Shown: in pieces, positions 1 through 14,110 of the stretch
How the letters are laid out: every line of letters starts with the position of its first letter
Position numbering within the stretch: position 1 is the stretch's first letter
Origin: Octopus vulgaris
Lineage: Eukaryota
DNA length: 64,000 bases
Assembly: GCA_951406725.2 (NCBI GenBank)
Contig: OX597823.1
Span: 108,748,001-108,812,000, forward strand
Direction of reading: 5' to 3'
Translations under genes and position numbers: made by a program
The notes under the pieces: generated by a model
The model's input: the letters and a program-made list of their open reading frames with translations, nothing else
Told to the model about the DNA's origin: nothing
Database searches by the model: none

Positions 1-569
1 ATGAAGATACTTATTCCCCGAATTGCTTTCCACTGTTTGATGGTTACCCCAAGGAATTTCAATGAAGAGATTAAAATCTACACAGCAATGTGCTCATTTC
101 TGCAATTACTTTGTAGTGAACACATTAACCATATAATCCCCAGCTTCACATCCATATATTCATACATATATATACATATATACATATATACACATATATA
201 TATATATATATATTATTTGATAGTAATATAAATATACAAATTATGTGTGAGGGACATTATACAGAGAAATGTAGGCACTCTAATCACTACACTTGCAGTT
301 ATAAATACACAAATATAATCACATACATACATATATATATATAGCTATATACACTTGCATATGTTTGATTGCATTGGTAATTATCACAAATGTCTGTGGA
401 ACATGGTTATTAGTGTTTGACTGTGACTAGCTGGAATATAATGTTGCAAAACTTACAGCACACATCTATTGTTTTAATCTCTCATTTAGTAATAATATTG
501 GTAATTTCACTTTCAGGAATTACTCAGTGTGTGTGTGTGTGTGTGTGCATATGTATATATGCATATATA

Positions 570-613
<44 letters not shown>

Positions 614-868
614 TGTGTGTGTGTATGTATATATGTGTGTGCATGTGCATTTGTGTGCTTGTACATGTCTATGAGTGTCAGTATGTGTATGTGTGTGTTT
701 GTACATATATATACCCACACACACGATAAACATTAGTTTCAGCTGGACACCAATTTTCCTTTCGCAAAGAATTATAAAGTTATTTCTCAGCTTTTTGGGA
801 TCTGTTATAACTTACTTATTTTTTCTGTTTTATATATTTCTATTTGTGTGTTTGCTTGCTTGTGTTTA

Positions 869-909
<41 letters not shown>

Positions 910-2789
910 GGGTGGGTGTTTATTGTTTGTTCACTTATTATGCAGAAGAATGGGGTTCATTTTAATGCTACAAGTAATATTATAGATGGAATCAAGCAAC
1001 AACCTACAACAGATATGGAACAATGTTGTGGCAGCTGGTTATAGATTGCTGGGAAGCACCTGCTTCTATAAATACACACATACACAAATATATATACACA
1101 CACATATGTGTGTTGTGTGAGTATATATGAATTTTTGTATGCAAGTTCACATATATTATATATGCTTTCCTTAGTACCATCACACTCTTGTTCCAAGTAT
1201 AGCTGTTAAATCTCATGGAAAACAAAGCCAGATGGAATGAAGTGTATTATACTCCCATGGACACGATTTTTTCCTTTGTATCATAAAACAAATATCCATG
1301 TGTTTTTGAAATTTTGAGTGATTAGGATATGTGGATAAAGATTTCTGAAGCCATTATAGCAGCAACATCTTAGAAGCTACCCTTGTTTTCATAATACGAA
1401 ACTAATTAATTTAAAGAGTTTAAATTTGAATTCAGATATTCTTTTTCATAATTTCATTAAAGAATCTTCTGTCAGGTTATGTTCAAAAGGACAGATTAAT
1501 ATTGGAGAGATACAGTTGTCCAAATTCTAGACTATTGTAAAAATTATTCAATAATTGTGAAGACTGCAATTTATTAGGAATATGATCATGAAAGGGCGAT
1601 AAGAAATATTGGCAAGAATTGAGATATTTTTGTAATTCCAGACTTACAACTTATTCTGCTCATCTTTTTTGTGTGTCAAAGACCATGTTATCCAAAGTGT
1701 TCTTTTTATTTTTAGTTTAAGAAATAGGATATGATTTGAGAGTGATTTAACTGCTATTTCTAGCAGACTGAATGATCTCATAAACGTTCCCTTGTAGTGT
1801 GGTACAAACTATTTTTAGAAACTATTTCATCTTCCTTTGGTCATAAGATGCCATTTGAAACTTTAGGCATCTCCTTTTCTTCGTGGTAAACTAGATTCCT
1901 TGGAATCTGCTATTTTACTTTTGTTACTGATGTTGAGCCAATGAAGAAACCTCTACATGGTCATTTAAATTGACATGAATATCAGCTAAAGCTCCCTCAG
2001 TTACCTTATATTGTCTCACAGTAGGAAGGACACATTACACAGGATAATCAAAGACAAAGAAAGTCACAGAATATCGTGGCTGGAACAACTTTGATCATGG
2101 GTCTATTCTGTTGAAAACCCATAGTTACTTGTAGCCGTTGCTGCTTTCTTCTATTTCATACCATAAGAACTAGTTTAACGTGGATCAGGAACTCTTATCA
2201 AGATTACCACATGTTCAAGTATTTCATGACTGTGTTCAACATACATTAATTTTACGTTGATGCATGGATAGAAAATGTATACAATATGATTATTAAACAT
2301 ATTGTTAGTCTCACTATGTTTTGGTAGCTAAAAGAGCAAAGTGTTTAACTACTTTTGTGTTTCATAATACTCATCAGGGTTACTTTATCTCTTAACTGTG
2401 AAAGTTATGGAGAATATATCTTGTCATGAATAATATAATAAACTATTACTGGTTAAAAATTACTTACATAATTGTATATTATTGATGATTAGGATTTAAT
2501 TACAAAAGTACCAACTCAGTGTGGTTATGTTTAATTGTGTTGGTAGAAGTCGAACACTGCTTACTAAAAAAAGGCAGCAAATTAGCAGAGCCTTTAGGAT
2601 GTTGGACAGAGTACCCTGGGGTATTTATTTTAACTGTCTGCACTGAGAGGCCTACTCTGGTTTTCAATCTTTTGGAGTTGGTAAAAACATACCAATGTAC
2701 CGTGGTGGACTAACACAACTGGCAGAGGGCTGGGTGAGAGTCTTTGCAGTATCTGTCCTGGTTTATTATATTCTGATTATATTCTCATT

Positions 2790-2928
2790 TCTACAGCTGA
2801 ATGAACTGGAGCAACGTGAAATAAAGTGTCTTGCTCAAGAACACAACACACAGCCCAATCTCAGAATTGAACTCACTACCTCATGATTGTGAGCCCAATG
2901 CTCCAACCATTGAGTCATGTGCCTTCAC
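2790..2928 (-). mobile_element. Old tRNA-derived SINE, 5' part with CORE-like segment
   Basis: Minus strand shows degenerate A/B boxes then TGTGTTCTTGAGCAAGACACTTTATTTCACGTTGCTCCAG; related pieces at about 22140-22370 and 46670-46811. Confidence 0.6.
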
Positions 2929-3260
2929 TGTGGTATGGTAGCTTGGTGGAATTCTTAGAGCATCAGGTGAGATGTCTTATGGTATTGTTCTAAGCCTTTG
3001 AATTTTGAGTTCTTAATCAGCAGACATAATTTGTTGCCCTCATTTGATGCCACCGTTTGCTTATTGAGTACCTTTCATGGAGTTTGTCCTGTTGCAGGCT
3101 TTCTAATCAGACAATATCTTGTTTGACAATAACACCCTCTCTTCCTCTCAGCACTCTCAAAGCCCTGGAAAGATAAAGAGTCTTAGATGCTAACTTCCCC
3201 TTCCTGACTAAATGATAAAAAGTATGCAGAACTCACTTTGTACTGGAATCAAAATCTTGA

Positions 3261-3559
3261 TACTCTTTACTCTTTTACTCTTTTACTTGTTTCCGAACCG
3301 CTAAGTGACGGGGACGTAAACACACCAGCATCGGTTGTCAAGCAATGCTAGGGGGACAAACACAGACACACAAACACACACACACATACATATATACGAC
3401 AGGCTTCTTTCAGTTTCCGTCTACCAAATCCACTCACAAGGCTTTGGTCGGCCCAAGGCTATAGTAGAAGACACTTGCCCAAGATGCCACGCAGTGGGAC
3501 TGAACCCGGAACCATGTGGTTGGTAAACAAGCTACTTACCACACAGCCACTCCTGCGCC
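3261..3559 (-). mobile_element. SINE family A with internal deletion
   Basis: tRNA-like head GGCGCAGGAGTGGCTGTGTGG...GGTTCAGTCCC and (AGTAAAAG)n tail; about 110 bp of the 3' body is missing (TTGTTT joined to CCGAACCG). Confidence 0.9.
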
Positions 3560-4419
3560 TTGTTGTAAAGTACTGAGAATGTTAATACCAAATTAATCAT
3601 TTCTCTGGCAGTGACATTGGCATTAGCTCAATCTAACTTTGTCTTTCTAGAACCAATAGAAGTCATTGAGCAGAATTACTAATGAAGCAATTATCTCTCA
3701 GCCATCACTAGGGTGTCTGTAGCTCTTCTCCTCATATCAGTTATAACGGTTAATATCATTTTCTGTTATACCTCCTTGTTATGGAAATACCTGTTTCTAT
3801 TAATTAAGTGTTGGAATCACATTTGCAATTAATCATTTCTTAGACATTATTAGCTCAATCTAACTTTGTCTTTGCGACTATCTTACACCAGAATTAAAAA
3901 GGCATTTAGATGAGTGATTGGCAGAATGAGCAGAATCGTGGGCAAAAGTATTATATAAAACTTTTACATTCTGAATTCAAACACAATCAGGACTGACTTT
4001 GTTTTTATGCACTGACACCAAAATGCTGAGGTCAAAATAATTAACTATGTCACTTGCCAGAAAACTTTAGGCTTTGGGCCTATGATAGAAATCAAATTCT
4101 ATTGACTCAATAGTACAGTTAAGGTAAGTCATTTACTTTTAATTGTCTTGAACATTATAAGACAATATATAAGACATAACATAAATTATAAGACATGATA
4201 TAATTATATAATTATAAAATTATATCATGGTGCTCTAGCTAGGCTGGACATTTTCATGAAGAGGTTTGTATGATTAAAATATAATTCAGTAGCATTAATT
4301 TCTATTCCCCATCTACAACTATCCCAAGGTTTTTCAGGTTTGAAGCAGTTACTATAATCTATATCATTGCTAACTAAACTTACACTATGTATATTTAATT
4401 CTTTTCCAATCACCCTTAC

Positions 4420-4491
4420 CCACATTTGTTTCCAAATAATCATTGTTAGTTGAATTAGCAGGAGCTATGGGCACTGTCTGACGTTTCCAAG
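4420..4491 (-). CDS. Candidate 72-bp internal coding exon (xWKRQTVPIAPANSTNNDYLETNV)
   Basis: Long pyrimidine-rich acceptor ending CCATTCTTTAG, donor G|GTAAGG, open frame, phase 1 at both ends, non-repetitive sequence. No homology recognised. Confidence 0.35.
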
Positions 4492-4735
4492 CTAAAGAAT
4501 GGAAAAAAATTCTAAATTAAAATACAACCAAAATTAACATTTAATTAGAAGTGTCTAATTTTGATAAAGTAAATACAATTTATATGTTTGGCTACTTGGT
4601 TAAGTAATCTCATTCTGTCCCCTGTTTCTCTCTCTTTCTCTCAGTATCTTTGTGTATGCACATGTGTATATATATATATATATAGAGAGAGAGAGATAGA
4701 TAGATAGACAGACAGACATTCAGATAGATAGATAT

Positions 4736-4798
<63 letters not shown>

Positions 4799-5661
4799 TA
4801 CACACAAACACACAAACACATACACATATAATTAGATAGATGGATATATATACATATAAATATATATTTATATAATTAATAATATCAGGGTAATAAAAAA
4901 TTTTAGAAATTTTTACTACCAGTGGCCTAGTGTGTAAAAAAATTTGTCAATAGACTATGTATTATTCATATAAATACAGTGTACATTTAAACACATAAGA
5001 GGTATCTGTCATAGAATTCCTTGCATGCTGGAAGGAACAGCTAAAATCCAAACCACTATTAGGGATAAACTTTGAAGGGAGTGAAAAATAATTTGCTAAA
5101 TAAAAGTCTGAAACCATGGTCTGGGAGACAGATGGTAAATGTTTTTATTTGTCATTCCGTGGTTATATATGTGGTGGTTTCATGGCAAAGAATTCATATA
5201 TAAAAAACTTCAGGGTCTCAAGCAATCGTCCTATACACCAATATGAGGTTGCCTTGATGTATCCATGACAGCGGTGAGCAATAACCAAATCTGGGGGAAA
5301 CGTTTGTTAGCTGACATCATCTGTAGACGGATTAATATCTAAGAAATTAAACTCATTAGATTTTAGTTAGACGATTTAGACTAGTTAGACTGCCGGGTGT
5401 TGGCACACCAATCGTTGTAAACTCAATTGCTCATAAGTTGATGACAACCTGTGTATATATAAATATATATATATATGTACGTGTATATATATATATATAC
5501 ATGTATCTATCTATCTATCTATCTATCTATATATATATTAAAATCTTAGGGCAGCAAGAATATTTATTGAAAAAATTCTTTGTTACCAGTGGTCTTGTGA
5601 GAAGGAAAAAATTTAGTCAATAGACTATACATTAGACTATATATATCAATATATATAGATA

Positions 5662-5721
<60 letters not shown>

Positions 5722-6389
5722 TTAACACATGCTTCTATATTTCTTCCTCGTCATCATTATTTTATGTTTGCTTCACATGGTGGAAAGCATTTGATGGAAT
5801 ATAATTCTATCCTTAATGAAAAATATACCAATCCCACAACAAAATGTCTATATGAAGAAGTTTAAAGAAGAAGAAACAAAGCACCTTAAATGCATGTTGG
5901 AAAATACTTTTTTCGAGAAGGCTCAGATGAAGGATTTGCTAATACAAAATTTAGATACAAGAGAAAATATCTGCAAAAAATGAAAACAATGAAAGCTTAT
6001 GAACAGGAACTCCTGAATATGATATAGAAATATTCATTGCATTTAAGAACAGATTAATTAATGATTTGTGAAATTTCTGTAATTCTAATAATTTATATGT
6101 TCCATTAGATAAGACAGAAAACATTTATGTGGCTGAGAAAGACTGGTTATAAAGAGGTTCTTTCTAGTATGATATTATTCTGAAAACTTGTAAGAAATAT
6201 TATCTTATATGTGTGTATATGTTTGTACATATATGTGTATGTGTAGTGTTGGTGTGAAATGAAACTCATGAATATACACCAGAAATTCATCAGCACAGCA
6301 AAGTTGAGTTAAATCATTGCTATTGTATAAAAGTTTATTTTAAAGCTGCCAAAAATAGACAGAATAATTCACAGAAGGTGAAATAATTG

Positions 6390-6568
6390 GTTTCAAATTT
6401 TGGCACAGGGCCAGCAATGAAAGTCGATTATTTTGATCCCAGTGTTTAACTGGTACTTATTTTATCGATTCCAAAAATTGAAAGGCAAAATCAAGCCTGG
6501 TAGCATTTGAACTCAGAAATGGCCCTAAGCATTTTTCCTGGTGCAATAATCATTCTGCCACCTCACCA
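6390..6568 (-). mobile_element. Diverged SINE family C with alternative tail
   Basis: GAGTTCAAAT B box and GCCTTTCA...TCGATAAAATAAGTACCAG domain on the minus strand. Confidence 0.7.
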
Positions 6569-6931
6569 ACTTGGAAGGTAAGATAACTGAGATGCTGGTG
6601 TATTAGTTTAATGAAAGACATATGATATAAAGTCATATTTTTATACATTTAAAATATTTCAGTACCATTGTATAAATCTATACTGTATAAGACAAATAAT
6701 TATAATTATATACTATGAACAATATACAGTGTTATAGTAGAATCTCTTAAATTAGGTCTATAGCAAACATACATTGGCTTTAAACATATAATTATATTTC
6801 AATGCACCATTAAAAATTTCAAGCTGAGTTGTATTCACTATAATTATTTTTAAAAGTTAATCAGAAGAAGCTAAACAATGCTCATGAGCCTTCCAATTTG
6901 TGCAAGAATGGTAAGATTGCTAGTTAAACAC

Positions 6932-6963
<32 letters not shown>

Positions 6964-7209
6964 TGAGCGATGTATACACCTGCACTTCAAGAAGAATTCA
7001 TTGTAAATTAGCACCACAAGTCTGTTGTTTTTAACAAATAAAATAGCTTAGAATTCCCTTGCTTGAAATATACATTTATTCCACTAATGTAGAACCATGC
7101 ACTGATTTCTTTGGCTGTATCAAGTTAGCCATATAAGATGCTGCTGCTGCTGCTGCTACTACTCCTCCTCCTACTACTACTACTACTACTACTACTGCTG
7201 CTGCTGCCG

Positions 7210-7241
<32 letters not shown>

Positions 7242-7356
7242 TGCATATATGGGTACAGGACATCACCAACTGTCTAAACAACATGAAGTACGAAAACAAA
7301 CGAGTTAAATACGTAAAAAACGAGAGAAAAAAATGGAAAGCAGGACAAGTAAATAC

Positions 7357-7539
7357 CTATTTCTTTACTACACACAAGGGGCTACTCACAGAGAGGACAA
7401 ACAAGGATGGACAAACGGATTAAGGCGATTATATCAACCCCAGTGCATAACTGGTACTTATTTAATCGATCCCGAAAGGATGAAAGGCAAAGTCGACCTC
7501 GGCAGAATTTGAACTTAGAACGTAGCGGCAGACAAAATA
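7357..7539 (-). mobile_element. 5'-truncated SINE family C
   Basis: Close match to 11352-11580; 16-bp TSD CAGGACAAGTAAATAC at 7341-7356 and 7552-7567. Confidence 0.9.
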
Positions 7540-7920
7540 ATGTTTCAAATACAGGACAAGTAAATACAGTTTACTTCACCAGTCGTCAGCTGTCTATCTG
7601 CCCCTCATTTCGAGCATTCAACGACAATATGAGTTTTCAAAGACAGCTGCTTCCATAAATTCCAAAATAAAATTTAGGATTTATGGAGGCTCTAAGTTGG
7701 GAACAAAAACAGAACAGTGGAAACATACAAAGAAAGTCAACAAAAACAAACATGGAGGGTTGTTAGACCAGAATGAGAGGAGCATAGTGAATGCTGGGAG
7801 AAATATTTTCTTTGAAAAGAGAAAAGATAGAAGAGAGAGAAAGAAAACGTCCGGTCCTTTGAACGTCCGTGCAGGAATAGAAAGATGGACGATGGTCACA
7901 TTTGAGCAACAAGAGACATA

Positions 7921-8810
7921 CAGGGTGGTATCAAAAAGTTCCTGGATTTGTTATGTTTAATAAAAAAATAACTTACTTACCTAAGTTTTAATATCATCTT
8001 CAAAACGTCACCTTGCACAGCATTACACCAGTCCCAGCATTCCTGCCACTTTTGGAATCCAGTCTAGAAGTCATTTTCCCTAAGTGATTCAAGGACCTTC
8101 TGCGATTCACACTGGATCTCCATGGTGTTAAAATGGTGACCTTTGAGATACATTTTCTTCTTGGAGAAGAAATGGAAGTCTGCATGTGCTAAATCTGGTG
8201 AATAGGACGGGTGCAGAAGTGATATAAAGTTTTTTCCAAGAAACTCAAGAATGAGGAGAGCTCGGTGGTGGTGCATTGTGGTTGTGAAGAATCCAATTCT
8301 TCAGAGATGTTAGGATTGCCTGCACAGCTCCATAGAACAGACCAACAACACCAGCAATGTCATTGATTGTCTTTTGACCATCCTCATAAAAAGACTGATG
8401 GATTTTCTCCCCATCTCCAAGGGTGACACTTCTGGCAGGTCTTTCGAATCCCACATCAACTTCCAGGGATATTCTTTCAAATGTGAAGCTCCCATGTCAC
8501 TTGAAACATTGAGTATAATCCATTACCTCATTGAGGTTGCCATAGCATGCTCAATGTCTCTGTAGCAGACTTACCAAGTTTAGCACAAAATTTCATGTTA
8601 GCTCTTTGTTCCAACTTCCTGTCCATAACAAAAATTACAGACTACAGCACAAATTTCCCAATTTGTGAAGTAAACACAGTGATGTCACCCGGTCCACTGC
8701 CTCCTGAACGTCACTGCTGGTTTTCACTGTACACACAGATGCTGCCATCTTTTGGTGCACTGGAGAACATTTTGGTGCACTAGTCCAGGAACGTTTTGAT
8801 GCCATATACC
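7921..8810 (-). mobile_element. Mariner transposon relic, internally deleted
   Basis: Imperfect TIRs (GGTATCAAAAAGTTCCTGGA / TCCAGGAACGTTTTGATGCC); minus-strand peptide HPSYSPDLAHADFHFF matches the mariner YSPDLAP motif; frameshifts. Confidence 0.88.
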
Positions 8811-8849
8811 ATATATATACAGTTTGAAAGTTAAAGACGATTTACAGAC

Positions 8850-9513
8850 AAGTACTGGAAAACCAATCCATCTTTTGTTCAATGTCAGTGTTTTCTTCGA
8901 AAAAGAATTGTTTTCTTCACATTTCAGCAATGAATCACCACTGGAAATCCATTGGATGAATTTTAGCCTCATTGAATTAATGTGGGACCCAAAATTTGAG
9001 CTTGCTGGCATAACCAAGTGGTTGGTAGTTTTCAACACTCGATTTGGATATTGGGAGAATATTTGCAATCATTCTGGTCATTTAATGGGAATCTGAGTTG
9101 ACGAATTCCTTCATTTTGTTGCTGTTCCTTAGCATTGACTGGTCAGAGTGAGGTGCATACTGAACAAAAACATTTCTTAATCAAAATGTTGAAAGCAACT
9201 TTTGGCATTCCTATTCTGCAGCAGTCTCCCCTCCACACACACAGTGCATATTTGCCTAAAGCTTTCTGCCATTTATTTGCCTTTCTTTAATGAAAACATG
9301 GAATATTGATAGTGTTTGATTTGGTTCTCCATTTTCAGGTGAACCCAAGGACACCAAATATGTCCTGTCTCACTGCAAGTTTGCCCTGAACTATGTTGAA
9401 GTGTTAAGTAGTCAATGAATGTGTATATGCAAAGGACATACTTAAAGTTAGCTACTTATTAGAGTGTCTGCTTAGTGTTGATAAAAACCAAATGGACTTT
9501 TTGGCCAACCCAG
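8850..9513 (-). mobile_element. Second mariner relic (5' TIR and N-terminal transposase)
   Basis: TIR TA-CTGGGTTGGCCAAAAAGTCC on minus; broken frame from ATG 9332: MENQIKHY...IANILPISKSSVENY...FWVPH...GDSLLKCEENNSF...KRWI (WVPHEL region). Confidence 0.82.
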
Positions 9514-10207
9514 TATAATGCCCTGGGGAACTCTTCCATGCTGATGACTGCCTTCTTACAGCTGAATCTCTATTAGGGTTAGAGAAAAAAGTTCAGCTGT
9601 GGAAGCAAGGATGGGAATCAAAGGTCCTTAGAGTTAGTTTAGTAAAGACCAAGCATGAAGGCAAACAAATCCCTAATCCCTTCAGGAAAATGGCTCTGTT
9701 CAATATGTAGAAACGGTACCAGTAGAAATTCCATACACCATCTTCAATGCAAGCTATGGATGCATAAGAGGTATGTTAGAATCACAGGAAGTTTAACAGA
9801 AAAAGTAGTCTTTGTGTCTGTCAGATGTGCAGGTACAATAAATACTAAAACTGTACTGGAAATAGATTTCCTAAAACGTCCAGGGTGTCCTTAGAGTTTC
9901 TGTAACCTAGCAGCAAAGGAGGTTGCTCTGAAAATATAGTTGCTAGAATAAGAGCTGGCTGGGTAAAGTTCAGAGAGCTATTGCTTTTGTCAGTAACAAA
10001 AAAACCTGTCCCCCAGAGTGAGAGACAGATTGTATGATGCCTGTGGATAAATAGCTATGCTACCTGGTAGTGAAACATGGGTTGCAGCTGCAGAGGCTCG
10101 AAAGAAATGAAGCCTGCACATTCCATTGAATGCACAGTGTTAGTGTGCATGTATGACAAAATATGCTTTCAGTGAAAATTTGACTATGAAGGCATTAGAT
10201 ATAGAGT

Positions 10208-10375
10208 GCAGGAGTGGCTGTGTGATAAGTAGCTTGCTAACCAACCACATGGTTTTGGGTTCAGTCCCACTGCGTGGCATCTTGGGCAAGTGTCTTCTGC
10301 TATAGCCCCAGGCTGACCAATGCCTTGTGAGTGGATTTGGTAGACGGAAACTGAAAGAAGCCCGTCGTATATATG

Positions 10376-10406
<31 letters not shown>

Positions 10407-10607
10407 TTGTCCCCCTAGCATTGCTTGGCAACCAATGCTGGTGTGTTTACGTCCCCGTCACTTAGCGGTTTGGCAAAAGAGACTGATAGAATAAGTACTG
10501 GGCTTACAAAGAATAAGTCCCGGGGTCGATTTGCTCGACTAAAGGCGGTGCTCCAGCATGGCCACAGTCAAATGACTGAAACAAGTAAAAGAGTAAAAGA
10601 GTAAAGA
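10208..10607 (+). mobile_element. SINE family A inserted in the LINE
   Basis: Near full length; TSD AGAGTGCA at 10203-10210 and 10605-10612. Confidence 0.93.
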
Positions 10608-11351
10608 GTGCAAGAGAAAAGACTGTGTTAATACGGTCATGTGATGCATATAGCTGAAGGGAGGACCAGAGGAAGACTCAGAAAGACATCGGATGAAATA
10701 ATGAGAAATGATCTTTAAATGTTGAGACCCACAAAGATGACAAAAGACCAAGCCAATTGGTGATTTGCTGGGCTTGAGAAGACCTGTCCATCTAAGTAAA
10801 ATTGAGACCAGAAAGGCATCTCCTTTATGTCCATGCTCTCTCAAACACTCAATCTTTCCCCTACCAAACCTCACCACAATCCATCTTCCCAACACATTCC
10901 CCTTCCCCCACCAATGCTCACAAATCCCTGTATTCCTCTTTGCTCTCCCTCAAGTACCTTCCTGCATACAATATGCCCCCATTGAATCTTTTCCCCACCA
11001 CATATCCTCTTAATAACCCCTCCCTCTACCTGTGTCTCTTCATAACATTCAACCTCCATCACTCACTCTCCTTTCGTGGACTCTCTCATCCACTCACCCT
11101 CCCCAATCCTCTATATACACCTTCCTGTAACTTGGATAAATGGCCCCACACCCCCTTCCCAATCAAACCATTGCCATCTTCATTTTCTCCTCTATCTTTT
11201 CCCCCTCTCTCTCAACTCTCTCTCTTTCCACCTGAGGTAGCTGTGCAAAACACCTTTTACTGTCCCTCAGAACTTCTCCTGACCTCAGTTGAAGGGGTAT
11301 TATTTTCCAAGGTAATTGGTATTCAAACTGCTGCTGGTACCATATAAAAAG

Positions 11352-11580
11352 TGGTGAGCTGGCAGAAACGTTAGCACGACGGGCGAAATGCTTAGCGGTA
11401 TTTCGTCTGCCATTACGTTCTGAGTTCAAATTCCGCCGAGGTTGACTTTGCCTTTCATCCTTTTGGGGTCGATTAAATAAGTACCAGTTATGCACTGGGG
11501 TCGATATAATCGACGTAATCCCTTTGTCTGTCCTTGTTTGTCCTCTCTGTGTGTAGCCCCTTGTGGGTAGTAAAGAAATA
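11352..11580 (+). mobile_element. SINE family C, full length
   Basis: A box TGGCAGAAACGTTAGC, B box GAGTTCAAATTCC, tail AAAGAAATA; 16-bp TSD GGTACCATATAAAAAG at 11336-11351 and 11581-11596. Confidence 0.93.
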
Positions 11581-12234
11581 GGTACCATATAAAAAGCACC
11601 CAGTACACTCTGTAAAGTGACTGGAAAATGGACGTTAAATGATGACGGTGAAGACGATGATGGTGACAATGATGACGACGACGACGATGTGTATGTGTGT
11701 GTGCGTGTGTGTGTGTGTATGTATATATATATGCACACACATACATACATATATATATATGTATTGTGAAAGAGTGAAAAAGACACAAAATATAAAAAAA
11801 TAATAATGATAATAATATTAGAATCTAAAAAACGTAGTAAGATTTCATTGTGAAGAAATTCAATTTTAAGCCAAATTTTTAGCTTTACTTTCTTATTTTT
11901 TGCACTTTTTTTTCTTGCTTTCCATGATGCAGCCAATACCACAGCACTGACACACTTCATATATTGCTCAAGAAAGTAGAGAACAAATATTCTCAGAATA
12001 ACCATCTATCTGATTAGCTTTGCTGCCATCAAATGGTAAAGAAAATTCTCTTAGGATAGTGGAGAACTGCATTAGAAGGAATACATTATAACTGATGTAA
12101 GGACATGCACTTGTGCATACACACACACACACACACACACACAGAGGGAGGCACATACATGCACACACACATACACATACATATTGTATGTATACATATA
12201 TAAATATATATATATATATGTGTGTGCGTGTGTA

Positions 12235-12277
<43 letters not shown>

Positions 12278-12366
12278 GCACATACATATCTAGTCAGACA
12301 GCTAGAGATGTACAAATGGATAGATATTTTCACACACACACATGAATACATATATATATAAAATAT

Positions 12367-12415
<49 letters not shown>

Positions 12416-12457
12416 ACTTCAAATACATGTATTTGAAGTTACATATTTTGAAGTTTA

Positions 12458-12590
12458 TTTCTTCTTCTTCTTCTTCTTCTTCTTCTTCTTCTTCTTCTTC
12501 TTCTTCTTCTTCTTCTTCTTCTTCTTCTTCTTCTTCTTCTTCTTCTTCTTCTTCTTCTTCTTCTTCTTCTTCTTCTTCTTCTTCTTCTTT
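12458..12590. repeat. (TTC)n microsatellite
   Basis: Pure TTC tract of about 130 bp. Confidence 0.97.
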
Positions 12591-13224
12591 CAATTTGGTT
12601 CCTTCTTATTATTGTCATTATCATTATTATTATCATTATCATCAACATTATATATATTTTTTTCATTTTCTTTTCTTATATTCTTTCATTTACATTTTCT
12701 GAAAATGCGTCTTTTTTTTGTTATCTATTTTTTAATATATCTCCCTGTGCAGTTTTACTTATATATTTTTAGTTAATTTTTTTCTTTTTTCTTTTTCTTT
12801 AATTACCTTAACAAGACTGAAATCCTTATTATGAAAATGTGATTATCTCTAGAAACTTGTTAACTCACACAATAATCAAGGACTAACTTTTGCTTGGCCC
12901 CGGCAAGTCTCTAGAATTGCGAATTAGTTGGTATTTACCTGCTTAAACTTGATATTTTTTCTCTTTATTTTCATCTTTTATTTTTACAAATAAACAAATA
13001 GCAAAAGAAAAAAAATTAATAAAACAAAAAAAGATATTGTAGATATATTTAAAAAAAAGTTTTAAAAAGAAGATTATCAACAAGAAAGAAAATATAAATG
13101 GGTAAATTATGAATAATATAGATGGAAAGATGAAGTGAAACTGAAATAAATAAGAAACCAGAAATACACATTTATGCACACATATACACATACATACATA
13201 CATACATACACACATATATAAATG

Positions 13225-13256
<32 letters not shown>

Positions 13257-13899
13257 TATACATATATATATGTATATATATGTATATATATATATGTATG
13301 AATGTGTGTATGTATATGCTTGTGTATGTGTCCGTATATGGAAACCCACTTTTAATTTAGCAAGTATGTTGTTCCGTCCATGCCAATCTATTTCTGTGTG
13401 TGTTCATTTATTTTCATTTTTGTTCAACACTTTTATACAGTTTCTGAGTTTTAGTTATACAAAAAAAAAAAAAACGATATAAATAAAACAAATAAAAGAA
13501 AAAAAGGAACCCTTTTTTTCTCTGACACTCATCCTGTCTTTCCACAATATCAACGAAAAGTACCCATAATTTTTAGGCTTTCATTATTGCCAGTTTTAAC
13601 CCATCCTCATCATCATCATCATTATTATAAACATCATCTTCCTCATTATCATCAATGCTATCTTTCTTCTCATCATCATTCTCCTCCCGTCTCTCCCACT
13701 TCTTTCCATTCCTCCTCCTCCTCCTCCTCCACCTCCTCAACATCATCATCATCTTCATCATCAGCAGGACTATTACCATCATCATCTACACTAATAATGT
13801 CTCACATTAACCTAACCAACCATCTATTTGAAACAAGTTTTTTTTTTCCTTAACAAGACAATCAAGTTTAAATTGCTTTGTCAAAGCAACTCATTTACG

Positions 13900-14110
13900 T
13901 AATTATTTAGAATTTATAAACAATAAATCATAATTATTTAAAATTAATAAACAACAAAGTTATACATATTTAAAATTAATAAACAATACAGCACTTAATT
14001 ATTCAAAATTTACGATAAATCACTTAATTATTGAAAATTAGCAAACAAATTAAGAAAATGTTTAGAATTACTAAACAAGACATCCCTACAGTATTTAAAT
14101 TTAATTAAGA
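13900..14110. repeat. Degenerate AT-rich minisatellite, unit about 30-33 bp
   Basis: Recurrent TAATTATTT(A/T)AAATTAATAAACAA-like unit, about 6 copies. Confidence 0.55.

Larger units (their letters stand above)
9516..11690 (+). mobile_element. 5'-truncated RTE-clade LINE relic carrying two nested SINEs
   Basis: Decayed RT: CPGELFHADDCLLTAES (YADD motif), ARIRAGWVKFRELL, GSETW, YGHVM; pyrimidine-rich 3' UTR; ends GGACGTTAAATGATGACG followed by a (GAT/GAC)n tail. Confidence 0.88.

Noticed and set aside
11163-12005. 280-aa ORF, the longest in the track
   Set aside because: It runs antisense through a microsatellite, a LINE tail and SINE C; no protein signal.
12800-12940. Unique segment bounded by AG and GT on the minus strand
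   Set aside because: Stops in all three frames and a weak acceptor; a non-coding exon cannot be supported from sequence alone.
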